From a virus, in the IMG/VR virus record IMGVR_UViG_3300037111_000040, positions 1 through 64,000 of that record: 64,000 nt of DNA; one strand, given 5' to 3'. How positions within the stretch are numbered: the first letter of the stretch is position 1; every line of letters begins with the position of its first letter. Positions 54,225-64,000 of the stretch are shown in pieces. A program made the translations under genes and the position numbers. The notes below the pieces were generated by a model. The model was not told the DNA's origin. It saw only the letters and a list, made by a program, of their open reading frames with translations, and ran no database searches.

Positions 54225-55553
54225 ATGGCAGGAACGTACCAATGGCTGAGCCTAACGACCGCTATCTCACAACTGGGGCAGAGGCTGAATATCTCTCCGT
54301 CTTCAACGTCGACGTGGACAACTGCCGAGTTGATCGTTTACCTCCAGCAAAGCCTTCGGCAGTTCAATGTGTTGAGCTACATGTGGAGACAGGATTTCAC
54401 CTACAGCGACCCGACCAATGTCTGGAACTCGTTGGGGCAACTGGCAAACTCTCCTCGCCTCCGCACGATCACCGATGTCTACTGCTACACCGAGCTTGAG
54501 TACATGCTATTCGAGCCGCCAACGGGTGGGACGTGGACGGGCACAAATCAGTTCTCAATCGCGACAGTATCGCAAGCTCTTCAGACTCGCCGGGACGAGA
54601 TGCTTCAGGTCAGCAATGCTAACCAGTCGCTGCTCTCTGGCATTGCGCTGACGCCGGGTACGACCAGAACACAACTTCCGGATACCGTCATCGACGTGGA
54701 GAGGGTGCGCTACCTTCCAACTGGAGGCACGCCCAACACACTGTACCGTGACGACACGGTAGCGCAGGAATTCTACGAGGCTCCTCTTTACCAACTGGCA
54801 CCGGGAACGCCACAGACGTTCAGTCTGTCCTCCGAACCGCCGCTCACTTGGGATGTGGATGTAGCTCCGGATAATGCCGGAACCTACGAAGCCGTGGTCC
54901 TGCAATCTGGAGCAGCGTTCAATCCGCCCGCAGCGACCCCCATTGGCATCCCCAACGACTTCGCGTGGGTATTGGAGTGGGGAGCCCTAGCGGACCTTTT
55001 GGGGCACGAATCTGAGGCCACAGACAGGGAACGAGCCGACTATGCCTTGAAGCGCTACCAAGACGGGCTCCAATTGCTTTTGAAGACGCCATGGATCGAA
55101 CTCGGAAAGGTGAACGGAGAAGCGGTGACAATCGACTCAATCGTATCGATGGACCGTTATTCTGCGGAGTGGGATTCGAATCCGACTGGATTCGGACCCG
55201 TGATCGTCTCGGGTGGCGTGGATTTCATCGCCGCTCCGCAGGGATCGGGAATCGGCGTCACCGTCCTCGCAAACGCGCCGTACCTCGACTCGACAAATAC
55301 CTACGTGCAGGTATCGAGGTCGGACTGGGATACGGTGCTCGATCTTGCTCAGAGCCGGTGCCTATTTAAGCTCGGGGGCGGCGAGTGGAAGGCGGGTCTG
55401 GAGCTTGAACTGAGGGCGATTCAGGCGTGCGCCGCCGAGAACTCAAGGCTCCAGAGTATGGGAGCCTTCAGCGACATTCTCGTGGAGCGCGCTCAGACAC
55501 AGGAACGTGACATGAACAGATACAACTCCGCTAACAAGAAGAATACCCGGTAA
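54225..55553 (+). CDS. putative adaptor/tail tubular protein
   Basis: LGQRL...WTTAELIVYL N-terminus; WGALADLL; position before the large tail gene. Confidence 0.5.
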   Translation: MAGTYQWLSLTTAISQLGQRLNISPSSTSTWTTAELIVYLQQSLRQFNVLSYMWRQDFTYSDPTNVWNSLGQLANSPRLRTITDVYCYTELEYMLFEPPTGGTWTGTNQFSIATVSQALQTRRDEMLQVSNANQSLLSGIALTPGTTRTQLPDTVIDVERVRYLPTGGTPNTLYRDDTVAQEFYEAPLYQLAPGTPQTFSLSSEPPLTWDVDVAPDNAGTYEAVVLQSGAAFNPPAATPIGIPNDFAWVLEWGALADLLGHESEATDRERADYALKRYQDGLQLLLKTPWIELGKVNGEAVTIDSIVSMDRYSAEWDSNPTGFGPVIVSGGVDFIAAPQGSGIGVTVLANAPYLDSTNTYVQVSRSDWDTVLDLAQSRCLFKLGGGEWKAGLELELRAIQACAAENSRLQSMGAFSDILVERAQTQERDMNRYNSANKKNTR

Positions 55554-55555
55554 CT

Positions 55556-58500
55556 ATGGCGATCCGCTTCAGAGGTTTCGATCTCGTTCACCCCATCAAC
55601 CGCCTCGCGGCTGGCTTCGCGACGCTGGCTACGAACGTTCGTGCCTACATCAACGGCGGATTCACGTTGCGCAATCCGCTCACGACTCCAATTGGTCCAG
55701 CGAGCCTTGGTTCGGAATCGGTGAGCACCGGAACGGTGTCGCAAACTGGCGGTGGAACGGCATGGACGAATCCATCTGACATCTTCTCGACGAGCGCCAC
55801 ATCCGCGCAGGTAAGCATCGCTCCGGGCGCAAGTTCGCAGACCTTAAACATTTCGGCGTTGGGGTTTGCGATACCGGCTACTGCGACGGTTACCGGCGTT
55901 GAGTTCTTGTTCTACAGCGGCTCCGGTTCTCTCCAGACAGCAAATGCAACGCTTCAGCCGACAGCAAATGGCATCGCCGCTGGACCTTCGGTCCCGACTA
56001 CTCTTGGTGGAACGATAGGCTACCCGGTTCTATGTGGAGGGATGGGTAACCTTCTCGGCTTCGCGTGGACACCTACGAACGTCAATGGAGCAACTGGAAT
56101 TGGTTTTCAAATCACTTGCGCCGTGGCTGGAGGCGGTCACTTTTTCGCTAACATAAGTCTTAATGCACTCGTCGTCACGGTCTACTACACGACCCAGATT
56201 CCCATCGCCCTTCCAGATGCTCCCTATACCATTCGTCGTCTGAACGACTCAACGCCTAATGGACCGTCTTCCGGTTATGCTCTGGTGATCGGCGCGGGTG
56301 GGAAGATGTACGTCAACAACACAGAGGTCGCCTCCGGACTCTCCGGAAACCCTGTGTCGCTGGTCCCGTTCCGCCCGAACGCTTCCGTTCAGCCGTGGAT
56401 GTACGTTGGAGATTCGGCACCGCAGGGAGACGTAACGATCACGGCATCCGGGTTCGTCTGCTCGGGGATGTTGAAGATTCGATCTGACGGTCTGACTTAC
56501 AAGATGGGCATCAAGGAGCCACAACTTGCGCCCGTAGTCTCGACTTCTTCGGGGACAGTGACCACGACAGGTACTCTGCTCGCCACGGATATCCCGTGGA
56601 CAAACTACCTCGGCCAAAATCCATCCTTCAACTACGGCGAATCGCACGGTCCGCCCGACCCGACGCCAGACGGGACGCCACCGTTCATCATCGAAGTTCT
56701 AAACGCATCGACGGTCACGGTCACATCGTTGACCGGCACAGCAACAATCAATGGCGGTTTGAAGGTCCCTACTGATGCTGGTCCGGCTCCGGGACCAACA
56801 AACCCCGGTGGCTACGTGCAGGTTGGCGGAGTCGTTCCGGGCTCAGTGTCGGTGGTCGTCGGCGCGTTCACGGACGGCGCTGGCAACGTTCTTCCACTTG
56901 GCCTCGCTCCGCTCTACATCACTTCGGTGGTCGACGTGGGCGGCAACATCGGCGTTGCGATCCCAGTTCCCTTCGGGGCGGAGCAGTTTCAAATCGGCAT
57001 CAACTCGACAGGCAACACGTTCTCCTCTAACTCTGGATCATTCGCACTCGTGGCTACAGTCACAACGAATGCACTGCCCACGACCACGGCTCTTCTTGGG
57101 AACCTGTCGCTCAGTTATTTTGACGACTCCCCGACGAGCGGAGGCGTCGCGGTGTATCTCTGGAGGAATCCGGATGATCCTTCGGGCTCCGGCCCATCGC
57201 ACTCGATCAGCAATGCTGTCGGAACCACGACAGGCAATTCGCTCATCTTCGACGCCAACTTCGGTTCGCAGGCGGTCCCCGCTCAACCGACAGGCATTCC
57301 CGGACCTCCAAGCCTCGATGAATACTCGACCGCTCCATCTGTCATTACCGTGCCGATGCAGTGGTTCGATATTTCTCCGGAAAGTGTTGTACTCGGAAGC
57401 GCTCCTGTATTCCCGGCACCGCTGACAAAGACTTATCCAACCAACACGAGCTTCGACAACTTCAATTTCTGTCTGACAGGAAATATCTACTTTCCATCGG
57501 CAGGAAACTACACCTTTGTCCTCACGTACAAAGACGACATCATCTGGGGAATCGGAGGGGGCGTAACTTTGTTCTCTGCGTCTGGAGAAAGCTTTCAGTA
57601 CGCATCCGGGAACCCGCCGACACTCTCATCGACCACCTCTCGGTCCACTACGCTATCTGAAGCCGGACAGTCGATCACAGTGGTGAGCGGTTTGCCGCTT
57701 CTTCCGCGCGTCACAGCGCTGTTCTCGGGCCATGGGCTTGGAGGAGTGGAGTCGCAGGCTACGGTCGTAGTAAGCGTCCCAAATGCTGGCGTATATCCAA
57801 TCGAGGTCGATTACGACTTCTGGTACCACTCAGGACGCATTCTTCTCATCAATGTCTCAGCTACCGCTGGTGGAGCGCCGACACTTGTTCCGCCGCTCCC
57901 AGCCAGTGTTCGTCAGGAAACACAGTACCGCTATGTCTATCGCTCCTCGACGACTGGGGCATTGTCTAATCCCTCTCCAGAATCCGCGCCAGAGACGGTA
58001 CCGGTCACGGCGAACACTGTCACTTCGTACTGGTCCAACGATCCGCAAGTCGATGTGGTGGATTACTATCGCGTCGACTCTACTACGGCAAATTTTACCT
58101 ATGTGGCGACCGGGCCAAACGACGACTTAGGTGGTGGTGGAACGAACACCCCGATCACCGACTCGCTTACCGATACAGAATTGGGCACCCAGCTTTTGGA
58201 GTACGACAACTTTGAACCATTCCCATCGATTGATCTTCCGCAGAAGGGAACTTGCAGCGTCTCAGGTGGAGTGATCACTTGGGTTTCAGGTGGCGCGATA
58301 GGAGGTTCGGCAACTGGATTCAACATCCGTTGGCTCGGAGGAACGGTGATCCTGATTGGTTCACCGACATCTCTCCCGTACATCTTCATCGCGCGTCCAA
58401 CGTCCACGACGACGATAGAAATACCCAATGTCCCGGATGGAACGAATCTCGTGTATGAGATTCCGGAACCTATTCTGGCAGCGCAGCCGATGCCTTACAT

Positions 58501-60871
58501 TGCCGGTCCTACCGACAACATTCCGTTCGCTTGCGGGGTTGGTGATCCGTTACGCCCAGCAACCTACTACTGGTCGAAAGGCAACAATCTTGATTCGGCT
58601 CCTGACACTAACCAGCAGGACATCACCGATCCATCGGAGACTCTCATCAACCTCGTGATGACGACTGGAAAAGTGCTCTTGGGTTCGATCAAGAGGTTCT
58701 GGAACATCGTTCCCAACTTCTTCAATGCACTCGCCACGGCCACTGGCACTTCAGGATCGACTTGGAGCACACGCCTCACGCCGATTGATCGTGGTCTGTT
58801 CATGCCGCGTTGTGTGGCCGTTTCAGGTGGAGGAAACGTGTTCTTCCGCGTCGATGACGGAGTCCACGTGTCGGTTGCTGGCTTGTCATCGAAGTCGATC
58901 ACAGATGAGACTCTCTATCCTCTCTTCTCGCATGAAGGTTCTATCCCAACTCCAGTCACAAGAAATGGCGTGATCATCTATCCTCCGGACGACACCCATC
59001 CACAATTCCAGCAATTCACCTACCAGAATGGGTATCTCTACTACGACTACGGCTACAACTTCAGCGGAACGATAGTTACGAATGTCAGCTTTGTTCCAGA
59101 GAATGCCGCGAGCGCTGGGAGCGGCATAGCGTGGTTGAACCCACCGGGCGCTCTGCTGTCTGGAACGCCAGTATCCGCTACGATCACGAGTTGGTCGGTA
59201 AGCGGCGGCGTAATGACATTCATATCCGATAACGATTTTGTGGCTGGAGAAGCGGTTAATTTTGCGGACATGGTGGCTGGTTCATTTCTTAACGGAATTC
59301 CGCTGGTTGTAATATCTTCTGGTTTGAGTTCAACGCAGTTTTCGGCGGTCTTCCCCTATCCAGACACGGGAGCGACGGCTGATTCCGGAAACGCCACTCC
59401 AGCCATCCCTAACTATGCGTCTCTTTCGATTCCGAATCCTCCGTTTACTCCTGACGCTGGAGAATATGTAGCTTATTCTCTTCCAACCGCTGCACTACCT
59501 CCAAACAGCGGATTCACTACGTTCGCCGGAGCAAAGGCTGGAATCGCGTCGGCAAGCTGGATTGCAGGCGGAGCCTGTGGCACGGCTAATACCGGAACTC
59601 CAGACACTCCATTCCTCACCGACGTGGACTGTGGATGGAGCGGTTTCACGGTTCCCACTCTCCCCGTGGGTGCTGTCATCACCAGAATCTATCCTGTGGC
59701 AGTCATGGCGAATTTTGAAACAGCCAGCGGTTTTTATTTTGTTCTATCGGGTGGTGTTGGTGTCACAGAGGTGTGGAGCGAGTATGTTACAGCGGACGGC
59801 CAATATAGTGCTCCCTCACCAGCAGATTCATTGGGAAGTTTGGCTGCCGATATCACTGGAGCTTACCTCAATCTAAACCTCACGGCTCGAACTGGACCAT
59901 GGCCGGGTCGAGTTGATGTCTCTTCCGTCGCACTTGCCGTCTACTACACGGTTTCAAGCGGTGCTCTGCCATCGAATCAATCACAGACCTTAGAACTCAC
60001 AGGAACCGGGTTGTCGATTCCTCCGGGGGCTGTGGTAACTGGTATCGAGATCGATTTCGAAAGCGGATTGGTTTTCGGTGGCGCAAGCGACGAGACCATT
60101 CAACTGACAGTAAGTGGAACTCCAGTCGGAAATGTTAAGGCAATCAATCCGGGATCGTGGCCTTTGCCGTACACCCTCGGCGGAAACGGCGATCTATGGG
60201 GACAGGGAGGAATGTCGGGCACACAGGCCAACAACTTGGGAGCGAACTTCGCTTCAGGTCTGAATCTAGGATCACAGTTGAATCTTAATGAAGTGTCTCT
60301 GACTGTTTTCTACGAGGCTTCCGTTGAGGAAACAGGGAACGCTACCTTGGTATTTGACACCGCCGCTGAGGGATGGATTCTGGATAAATACATCGGCCCA
60401 ATTCCAACTATACACGCGGCAGACGAAGGTGAAAGCCAGCAGGGAATCCTTGTCGGTTGCTCGGACGGCACAGTACGCCTCATGTCTTCCTCCGGAACCG
60501 AAACCGTAACTGGAACGGTTCTCACCCCCGCTTTCGGCGGCGTCGGATGGCAGAATATGTACGAAGCGACGGTCGAGTACACTTCAAATCAGGCGGTGAC
60601 ACTGACGTTCATCGTTGCCGATGAAGGCAACGGAAGTTATGGACCTCCGCCAATCACACTCCCGGCGACGACGGAGGAACCTACGAAGTACACCTTCAAG
60701 GTTGGTGCGAACAAGTACAAGCTCCTGCAGATGCAGTTCCAGTCCACGGACCCCGCTTTGGCGGTGTACCTTGACGGCTGTATCTTGAACGTCCATGACT
60801 GGGGCTCCTCGGCACCATACCGCCCGGTTAATCCGTTCACACCTTCCGGAGGCACAGGGGGTCAAGCATGA
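55556..60871 (+). CDS. large tail/nozzle-like structural protein with inserted beta domains
   Basis: 1771 aa; YRYVY..S.P, PA14-like segment, internal repeats, propeller-like region (YYWSK, FFRVDDG). Confidence 0.55.
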   Translation: MAIRFRGFDLVHPINRLAAGFATLATNVRAYINGGFTLRNPLTTPIGPASLGSESVSTGTVSQTGGGTAWTNPSDIFSTSATSAQVSIAPGASSQTLNISALGFAIPATATVTGVEFLFYSGSGSLQTANATLQPTANGIAAGPSVPTTLGGTIGYPVLCGGMGNLLGFAWTPTNVNGATGIGFQITCAVAGGGHFFANISLNALVVTVYYTTQIPIALPDAPYTIRRLNDSTPNGPSSGYALVIGAGGKMYVNNTEVASGLSGNPVSLVPFRPNASVQPWMYVGDSAPQGDVTITASGFVCSGMLKIRSDGLTYKMGIKEPQLAPVVSTSSGTVTTTGTLLATDIPWTNYLGQNPSFNYGESHGPPDPTPDGTPPFIIEVLNASTVTVTSLTGTATINGGLKVPTDAGPAPGPTNPGGYVQVGGVVPGSVSVVVGAFTDGAGNVLPLGLAPLYITSVVDVGGNIGVAIPVPFGAEQFQIGINSTGNTFSSNSGSFALVATVTTNALPTTTALLGNLSLSYFDDSPTSGGVAVYLWRNPDDPSGSGPSHSISNAVGTTTGNSLIFDANFGSQAVPAQPTGIPGPPSLDEYSTAPSVITVPMQWFDISPESVVLGSAPVFPAPLTKTYPTNTSFDNFNFCLTGNIYFPSAGNYTFVLTYKDDIIWGIGGGVTLFSASGESFQYASGNPPTLSSTTSRSTTLSEAGQSITVVSGLPLLPRVTALFSGHGLGGVESQATVVVSVPNAGVYPIEVDYDFWYHSGRILLINVSATAGGAPTLVPPLPASVRQETQYRYVYRSSTTGALSNPSPESAPETVPVTANTVTSYWSNDPQVDVVDYYRVDSTTANFTYVATGPNDDLGGGGTNTPITDSLTDTELGTQLLEYDNFEPFPSIDLPQKGTCSVSGGVITWVSGGAIGGSATGFNIRWLGGTVILIGSPTSLPYIFIARPTSTTTIEIPNVPDGTNLVYEIPEPILAAQPMPYIAGPTDNIPFACGVGDPLRPATYYWSKGNNLDSAPDTNQQDITDPSETLINLVMTTGKVLLGSIKRFWNIVPNFFNALATATGTSGSTWSTRLTPIDRGLFMPRCVAVSGGGNVFFRVDDGVHVSVAGLSSKSITDETLYPLFSHEGSIPTPVTRNGVIIYPPDDTHPQFQQFTYQNGYLYYDYGYNFSGTIVTNVSFVPENAASAGSGIAWLNPPGALLSGTPVSATITSWSVSGGVMTFISDNDFVAGEAVNFADMVAGSFLNGIPLVVISSGLSSTQFSAVFPYPDTGATADSGNATPAIPNYASLSIPNPPFTPDAGEYVAYSLPTAALPPNSGFTTFAGAKAGIASASWIAGGACGTANTGTPDTPFLTDVDCGWSGFTVPTLPVGAVITRIYPVAVMANFETASGFYFVLSGGVGVTEVWSEYVTADGQYSAPSPADSLGSLAADITGAYLNLNLTARTGPWPGRVDVSSVALAVYYTVSSGALPSNQSQTLELTGTGLSIPPGAVVTGIEIDFESGLVFGGASDETIQLTVSGTPVGNVKAINPGSWPLPYTLGGNGDLWGQGGMSGTQANNLGANFASGLNLGSQLNLNEVSLTVFYEASVEETGNATLVFDTAAEGWILDKYIGPIPTIHAADEGESQQGILVGCSDGTVRLMSSSGTETVTGTVLTPAFGGVGWQNMYEATVEYTSNQAVTLTFIVADEGNGSYGPPPITLPATTEEPTKYTFKVGANKYKLLQMQFQSTDPALAVYLDGCILNVHDWGSSAPYRPVNPFTPSGGTGGQA

Positions 60872-61029
60872 AATTCGGAAGCATAACATCTCGACGCTGT
60901 CGTAGGTGCGGAGCCGTTAGCAATGCACAGTTGCCTGATACTGATACCCATCGCAACCTAAACACGCATCGGCTGTGTGACAAATGCACGAAGTGGCAAA
61001 AAGTAAATCAGAAGAGGGCTGTTAAATGA
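60868..61029 (+). CDS. small zinc-finger protein (53 aa)
   Basis: CRRCG...LCDKC; overlaps flanking stop and start codons. Confidence 0.45.
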   Translation: MKFGSITSRRCRRCGAVSNAQLPDTDTHRNLNTHRLCDKCTKWQKVNQKRAVK

Positions 61030-62342
61030 GCACAAACCCAGTCTCAATGCGATTGCCAATCGGAATCGAGGGAAAAGCCGAGCCCGAAGTTGTGGAGACT
61101 ATTCAATACCACGACGACGCGATTACCGACCTGCAACAGGCGATTCCGAAACTAAAATCTCAGATCGATTCTTTGGTGACTACTGTCGGGGCGGTGACTG
61201 CGTCATCTTCTTCGTCGAGTGGCTCCTCACAGAGCATCACGAACATCATAAACAACATTGGGTTCGTCAACCCGCAACAGGGAGTGACCATCTATGCGAC
61301 GCAGCCTAGCGATGAGGGTGCGCTGATCATTCTGAGTGACGCATCGCCTATCGCGGTGACCCTCACATCTGCCGGATCGATTCCCGGAATCACTCTTCCG
61401 TGGTACACATTCTTCCTCAATTTAGGATCGGGAACCGCCACTTTGACTCCAGCTACAGGGACGATCAGCTATCCCGGAAACCTTGGCGCGGCCTCCATGC
61501 CGGTGATCGCCGAAGCTATGGCGCTGGTCTACTTCGACGGGACAAATTTCTGGGCAGCTACCGTAATCGCAGGTGTGAGCGGATCAGGAACGACCGGCTA
61601 CATCCCTGTCTTTACAGGACCGACTGCCTTAGGAGACAGTCATCTTGACGATGGCGTAACGACTACTGGCATCATAACATCAAGTGAACCTTTAACTTGT
61701 AGCGATACTTCAACTACACCATCTTACTTTGCCGGTGTCTTATCTGGTGGTAGTGGTGCTGTCTTCGGCGCGACAGGTCAATCAGCTACTGACTTGTATA
61801 ACGACCTTGTTGGTAACTTTGGCAACATTGTGCCGATTCTTGCTGTTGCGGAAGGTACCTCGTACTTCGGGTCGTTGTCAACAGCACCTGGTGTTTCACC
61901 TACTATACTTTGGTCAGGAGCTTTCCTCGGTGTCAGTTGTGATGGCACTACTGCTGGTTCTAATGGATTCCTTTCATTCTTTGATAACAACTTCGCTGAG
62001 ACGCCCTTTTACATTGGCGGCACGAATCAGATCTACGTTCAACCGGCTAATAATACTGACTACCCATCTGCTCATGGCTATGTTGGTATTAACAACCCCT
62101 CTCCGGCTGTCCAGTTAGATGTAATTGGAGACATAGGCATAAGTGGTAACATAGCTATTCCTGCTAAGGTCACAGGTTATCACGGAACGGGTGCCGGTGA
62201 TGTTGATGTGCAGATGAGCGATGGGACAGGTTCTGCCGGAAACATGGCTATTTTTGACGCAGGCGGTGGTCTCACAGATGGCGGACCACCGGCAGGCGGC
62301 GGTGTTGGTTTCGCTCAGATATTTTTGTTGATGGGTGCATAA
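61026..62342 (+). CDS. tail fibre-like protein
   Basis: GSGTTGYIPVFT, VGINNPSPAVQLDVIG fibre motifs; ends FLLMGA. Confidence 0.6.
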   Translation: MSTNPVSMRLPIGIEGKAEPEVVETIQYHDDAITDLQQAIPKLKSQIDSLVTTVGAVTASSSSSSGSSQSITNIINNIGFVNPQQGVTIYATQPSDEGALIILSDASPIAVTLTSAGSIPGITLPWYTFFLNLGSGTATLTPATGTISYPGNLGAASMPVIAEAMALVYFDGTNFWAATVIAGVSGSGTTGYIPVFTGPTALGDSHLDDGVTTTGIITSSEPLTCSDTSTTPSYFAGVLSGGSGAVFGATGQSATDLYNDLVGNFGNIVPILAVAEGTSYFGSLSTAPGVSPTILWSGAFLGVSCDGTTAGSNGFLSFFDNNFAETPFYIGGTNQIYVQPANNTDYPSAHGYVGINNPSPAVQLDVIGDIGISGNIAIPAKVTGYHGTGAGDVDVQMSDGTGSAGNMAIFDAGGGLTDGGPPAGGGVGFAQIFLLMGA

Positions 62343-62669
62343 ATGCCGACTACGATCAGAGTTCTCGCACAAGCATATCCCACGGCCACGGTCGAGACGA
62401 CTCTCTATACCTGTGCGACGACATCAGCGGTCATCTCCACGCTTACCATCTGCAACAACAGTGCCACCGCAGACGCGATCACTATGAGAATATGCGTCGG
62501 GGGGGCTGGCGATTCGAACGAGCAATTGATTCTTAGTGGAACGACTGTTGGAGGAAATGGAGTGCTTGCTCTGACAGTCGGCATCACCATGGAGAACACG
62601 GACGTAATAAAAGTCACTTCCGCAAATGGAACAAGTGCATTCAATTTGTTCGGTCAGGAAAACTCATGA
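62343..62669 (+). CDS. small fibre-associated virion protein
   Basis: VLAQ..P..TTLYTC...STLTICN...FNLFG. Confidence 0.6.
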   Translation: MPTTIRVLAQAYPTATVETTLYTCATTSAVISTLTICNNSATADAITMRICVGGAGDSNEQLILSGTTVGGNGVLALTVGITMENTDVIKVTSANGTSAFNLFGQENS

Positions 62670-63445
62670 GCATCGAATCTTATCCTCCCGGATTTCAGGG
62701 TCCCCAAGGCGCAACCGGCAGTCAGGGAAATGCTGGCGTACAGGGAAACACAGGCACTCAAGGTGCTACGGGAACACAGGGTCCGACAGGTTCGCAAGGC
62801 ACCACCGGCACTACTGGTACTCAAGGAACTCAGGGAGTACAGGGAACCCAAGGTGTTCAAGGAACGGTTGGAACTGGCACTCAAGGCACGACTGGCACGC
62901 AAGGAGATACTGGAGGAACTGGTTTACAAGGCACACAAGGAGCACAGGGGAGACAGGGAGCACAAGTACAGGGTGCAACCGGAGGGACTGGGCCTCAAGG
63001 AACTCAAGGACTTCAGGGGCCAGCACAAGGGTTGCAAGGTGCAACTGGTGGTACTGGACCTCAAGGAGCCACTGGTGCTCAGGGAGCACAAGGCAGACAG
63101 GGTGCCACTTCGGATATACGGTTGAAAAAAGATATTCGACCCTATCCCGGTGGCGTGCAGACAGTATTAGGAATTAAGCCTTGTATCTTCAAATACAATG
63201 GCCTGTACGATACCGCAGACGATGGCATTGACAAGGTTGGTATCATTGCTAACGAGTTGCAGGGCGTCATACCACAAGCAGTCTATGGGGTCAAGGGTAA
63301 GCTTCACCCTGAAGATGAGGAAACTTCCGACATTCTGCATTACGATTTGACGCCTTTAGTGATGGCAAACACGAACGCCATAAAAGAAGTCGTTGCGACA
63401 GTGGATGATCTGCTTCTCAGAGTCAAAAAGTTAGAAGGCGAATGA
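62666..63445 (+). CDS. collagen-like fibre with C-terminal intramolecular chaperone (S74-like)
   Basis: Long G-x-Q/G-x-T triplet run, then [21 protein letters not shown]. Confidence 0.8.
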   Translation: MSIESYPPGFQGPQGATGSQGNAGVQGNTGTQGATGTQGPTGSQGTTGTTGTQGTQGVQGTQGVQGTVGTGTQGTTGTQGDTGGTGLQGTQGAQGRQGAQVQGATGGTGPQGTQGLQGPAQGLQGATGGTGPQGATGAQGAQGRQGATSDIRLKKDIRPYPGGVQTVLGIKPCIFKYNGLYDTADDGIDKVGIIANELQGVIPQAVYGVKGKLHPEDEETSDILHYDLTPLVMANTNAIKEVVATVDDLLLRVKKLEGE

Positions 63446-63484
63446 CCATGCTGTGCTGCTCAGCGGTCAGAAAGTTAGAAGGCG

Positions 63485-64000
63485 ATGTCTAATAGGAACT
63501 TCGTCCGCTCGGTGTTGGCAGAGGGCGGCGAAATCAAGCAACTAATGATTGCTTCCACAGACTCCGGTGGTCTCGGACTGTGTAATCCATCTGTGTTTGT
63601 TGACCGCGACGAACTCTGGATGATTCTGCGAAACGTCAACTATACACTCTACCATGCGGAGAACGGGCAAACGTTCAACAATCGCTTCGGTCCTCTCGCC
63701 TATCTCAATCCCGAAAACGACCTGCATTTACGGACAACGAATTTCCTTTGCAAACTCGCTCCAAGCCTCGAAATCGAACGCTATTGGAAGATTGACACAA
63801 GCATGCTCGATAAAGAGCCGCTATGGGAGTTTGTCGGGCTTGAGGACGCACGCCTCGTTCGGTGGGATGGACATCTCTATGCCATTGGGTGTCGGCGAGA
63901 CACCACAACCAACGGGCAAAGCAGAATGGAATTTTCAGAACTGGAAGTGACAGATAAATCTGTAAAAGAAATTGGTCGCTACCGCATTGAGCACCCCACA
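63485..64000 (+). CDS. beta-propeller glycosidase-like protein (partial)
   Basis: MSNRNFVRS...CNPSV...GLEDARLV; open to window end. Confidence 0.5.
   Translation, partial: MSNRNFVRSVLAEGGEIKQLMIASTDSGGLGLCNPSVFVDRDELWMILRNVNYTLYHAENGQTFNNRFGPLAYLNPENDLHLRTTNFLCKLAPSLEIERYWKIDTSMLDKEPLWEFVGLEDARLVRWDGHLYAIGCRRDTTTNGQSRMEFSELEVTDKSVKEIGRYRIEHPT

Noticed and set aside
62690-63110. Repetitive DNA as a possible CRISPR array or VNTR
   Set aside because: Codon-level repeats of a collagen G-x-y coding region with no repeat-spacer structure
1-64000. DGR/retron, integrase, CRISPR array, tape measure, alternative genetic code
   Set aside because: No reverse transcriptase, recombinase or array motifs seen; no long helical tape-measure ORF; genes are intact under the standard code. 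These could lie outside the window

Overview
The whole window looks like part of a tailed dsDNA phage genome (no host housekeeping genes, rRNA, tRNA, CRISPR or integrase seen). Layout: (1) 1-13.5 kb, a leftward early block of small ORFs with a ParB-like protein, a DUF4942-type methyltransferase, a spermidine-synthase-like protein, a small basic nucleoid-like protein and an AAA/vWA-peptidase triad. (2) About 1 kb of strand-skewed non-coding DNA near 14.2-15.2 kb carrying a perfect parS-type palindrome. (3) 15.2-28.7 kb, a rightward block with ATP-grasp, Fic, MazG-like, DNA methyltransferase, second ParB-like, Fis-like and Cro-like genes. (4) 29-64 kb, morphogenesis and lysis: intein-containing TerL, probable portal, scaffold and major capsid protein, adaptor/tail proteins with no tape measure seen (podovirus-like), and a collagen-like fibre. 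About ten homing-endonuclease-type ORFs are scattered throughout. The most unusual items are an 8-gene late cassette (44.2-52.5 kb) dominated by exported proteins (a tail-fibre-like protein with a Sec signal peptide, Fn3-like secreted/lipoproteins, a membrane-anchored S53 sedolisin, a Tat lipoprotein, an outer-membrane beta-barrel, a SleB-like hydrolase) and eight Lys/Arg-rich microproteins, six sharing a C-terminal motif. An acidobacterial-type diderm host is an inference. All family calls come from motif recognition by eye; no database searches were run.
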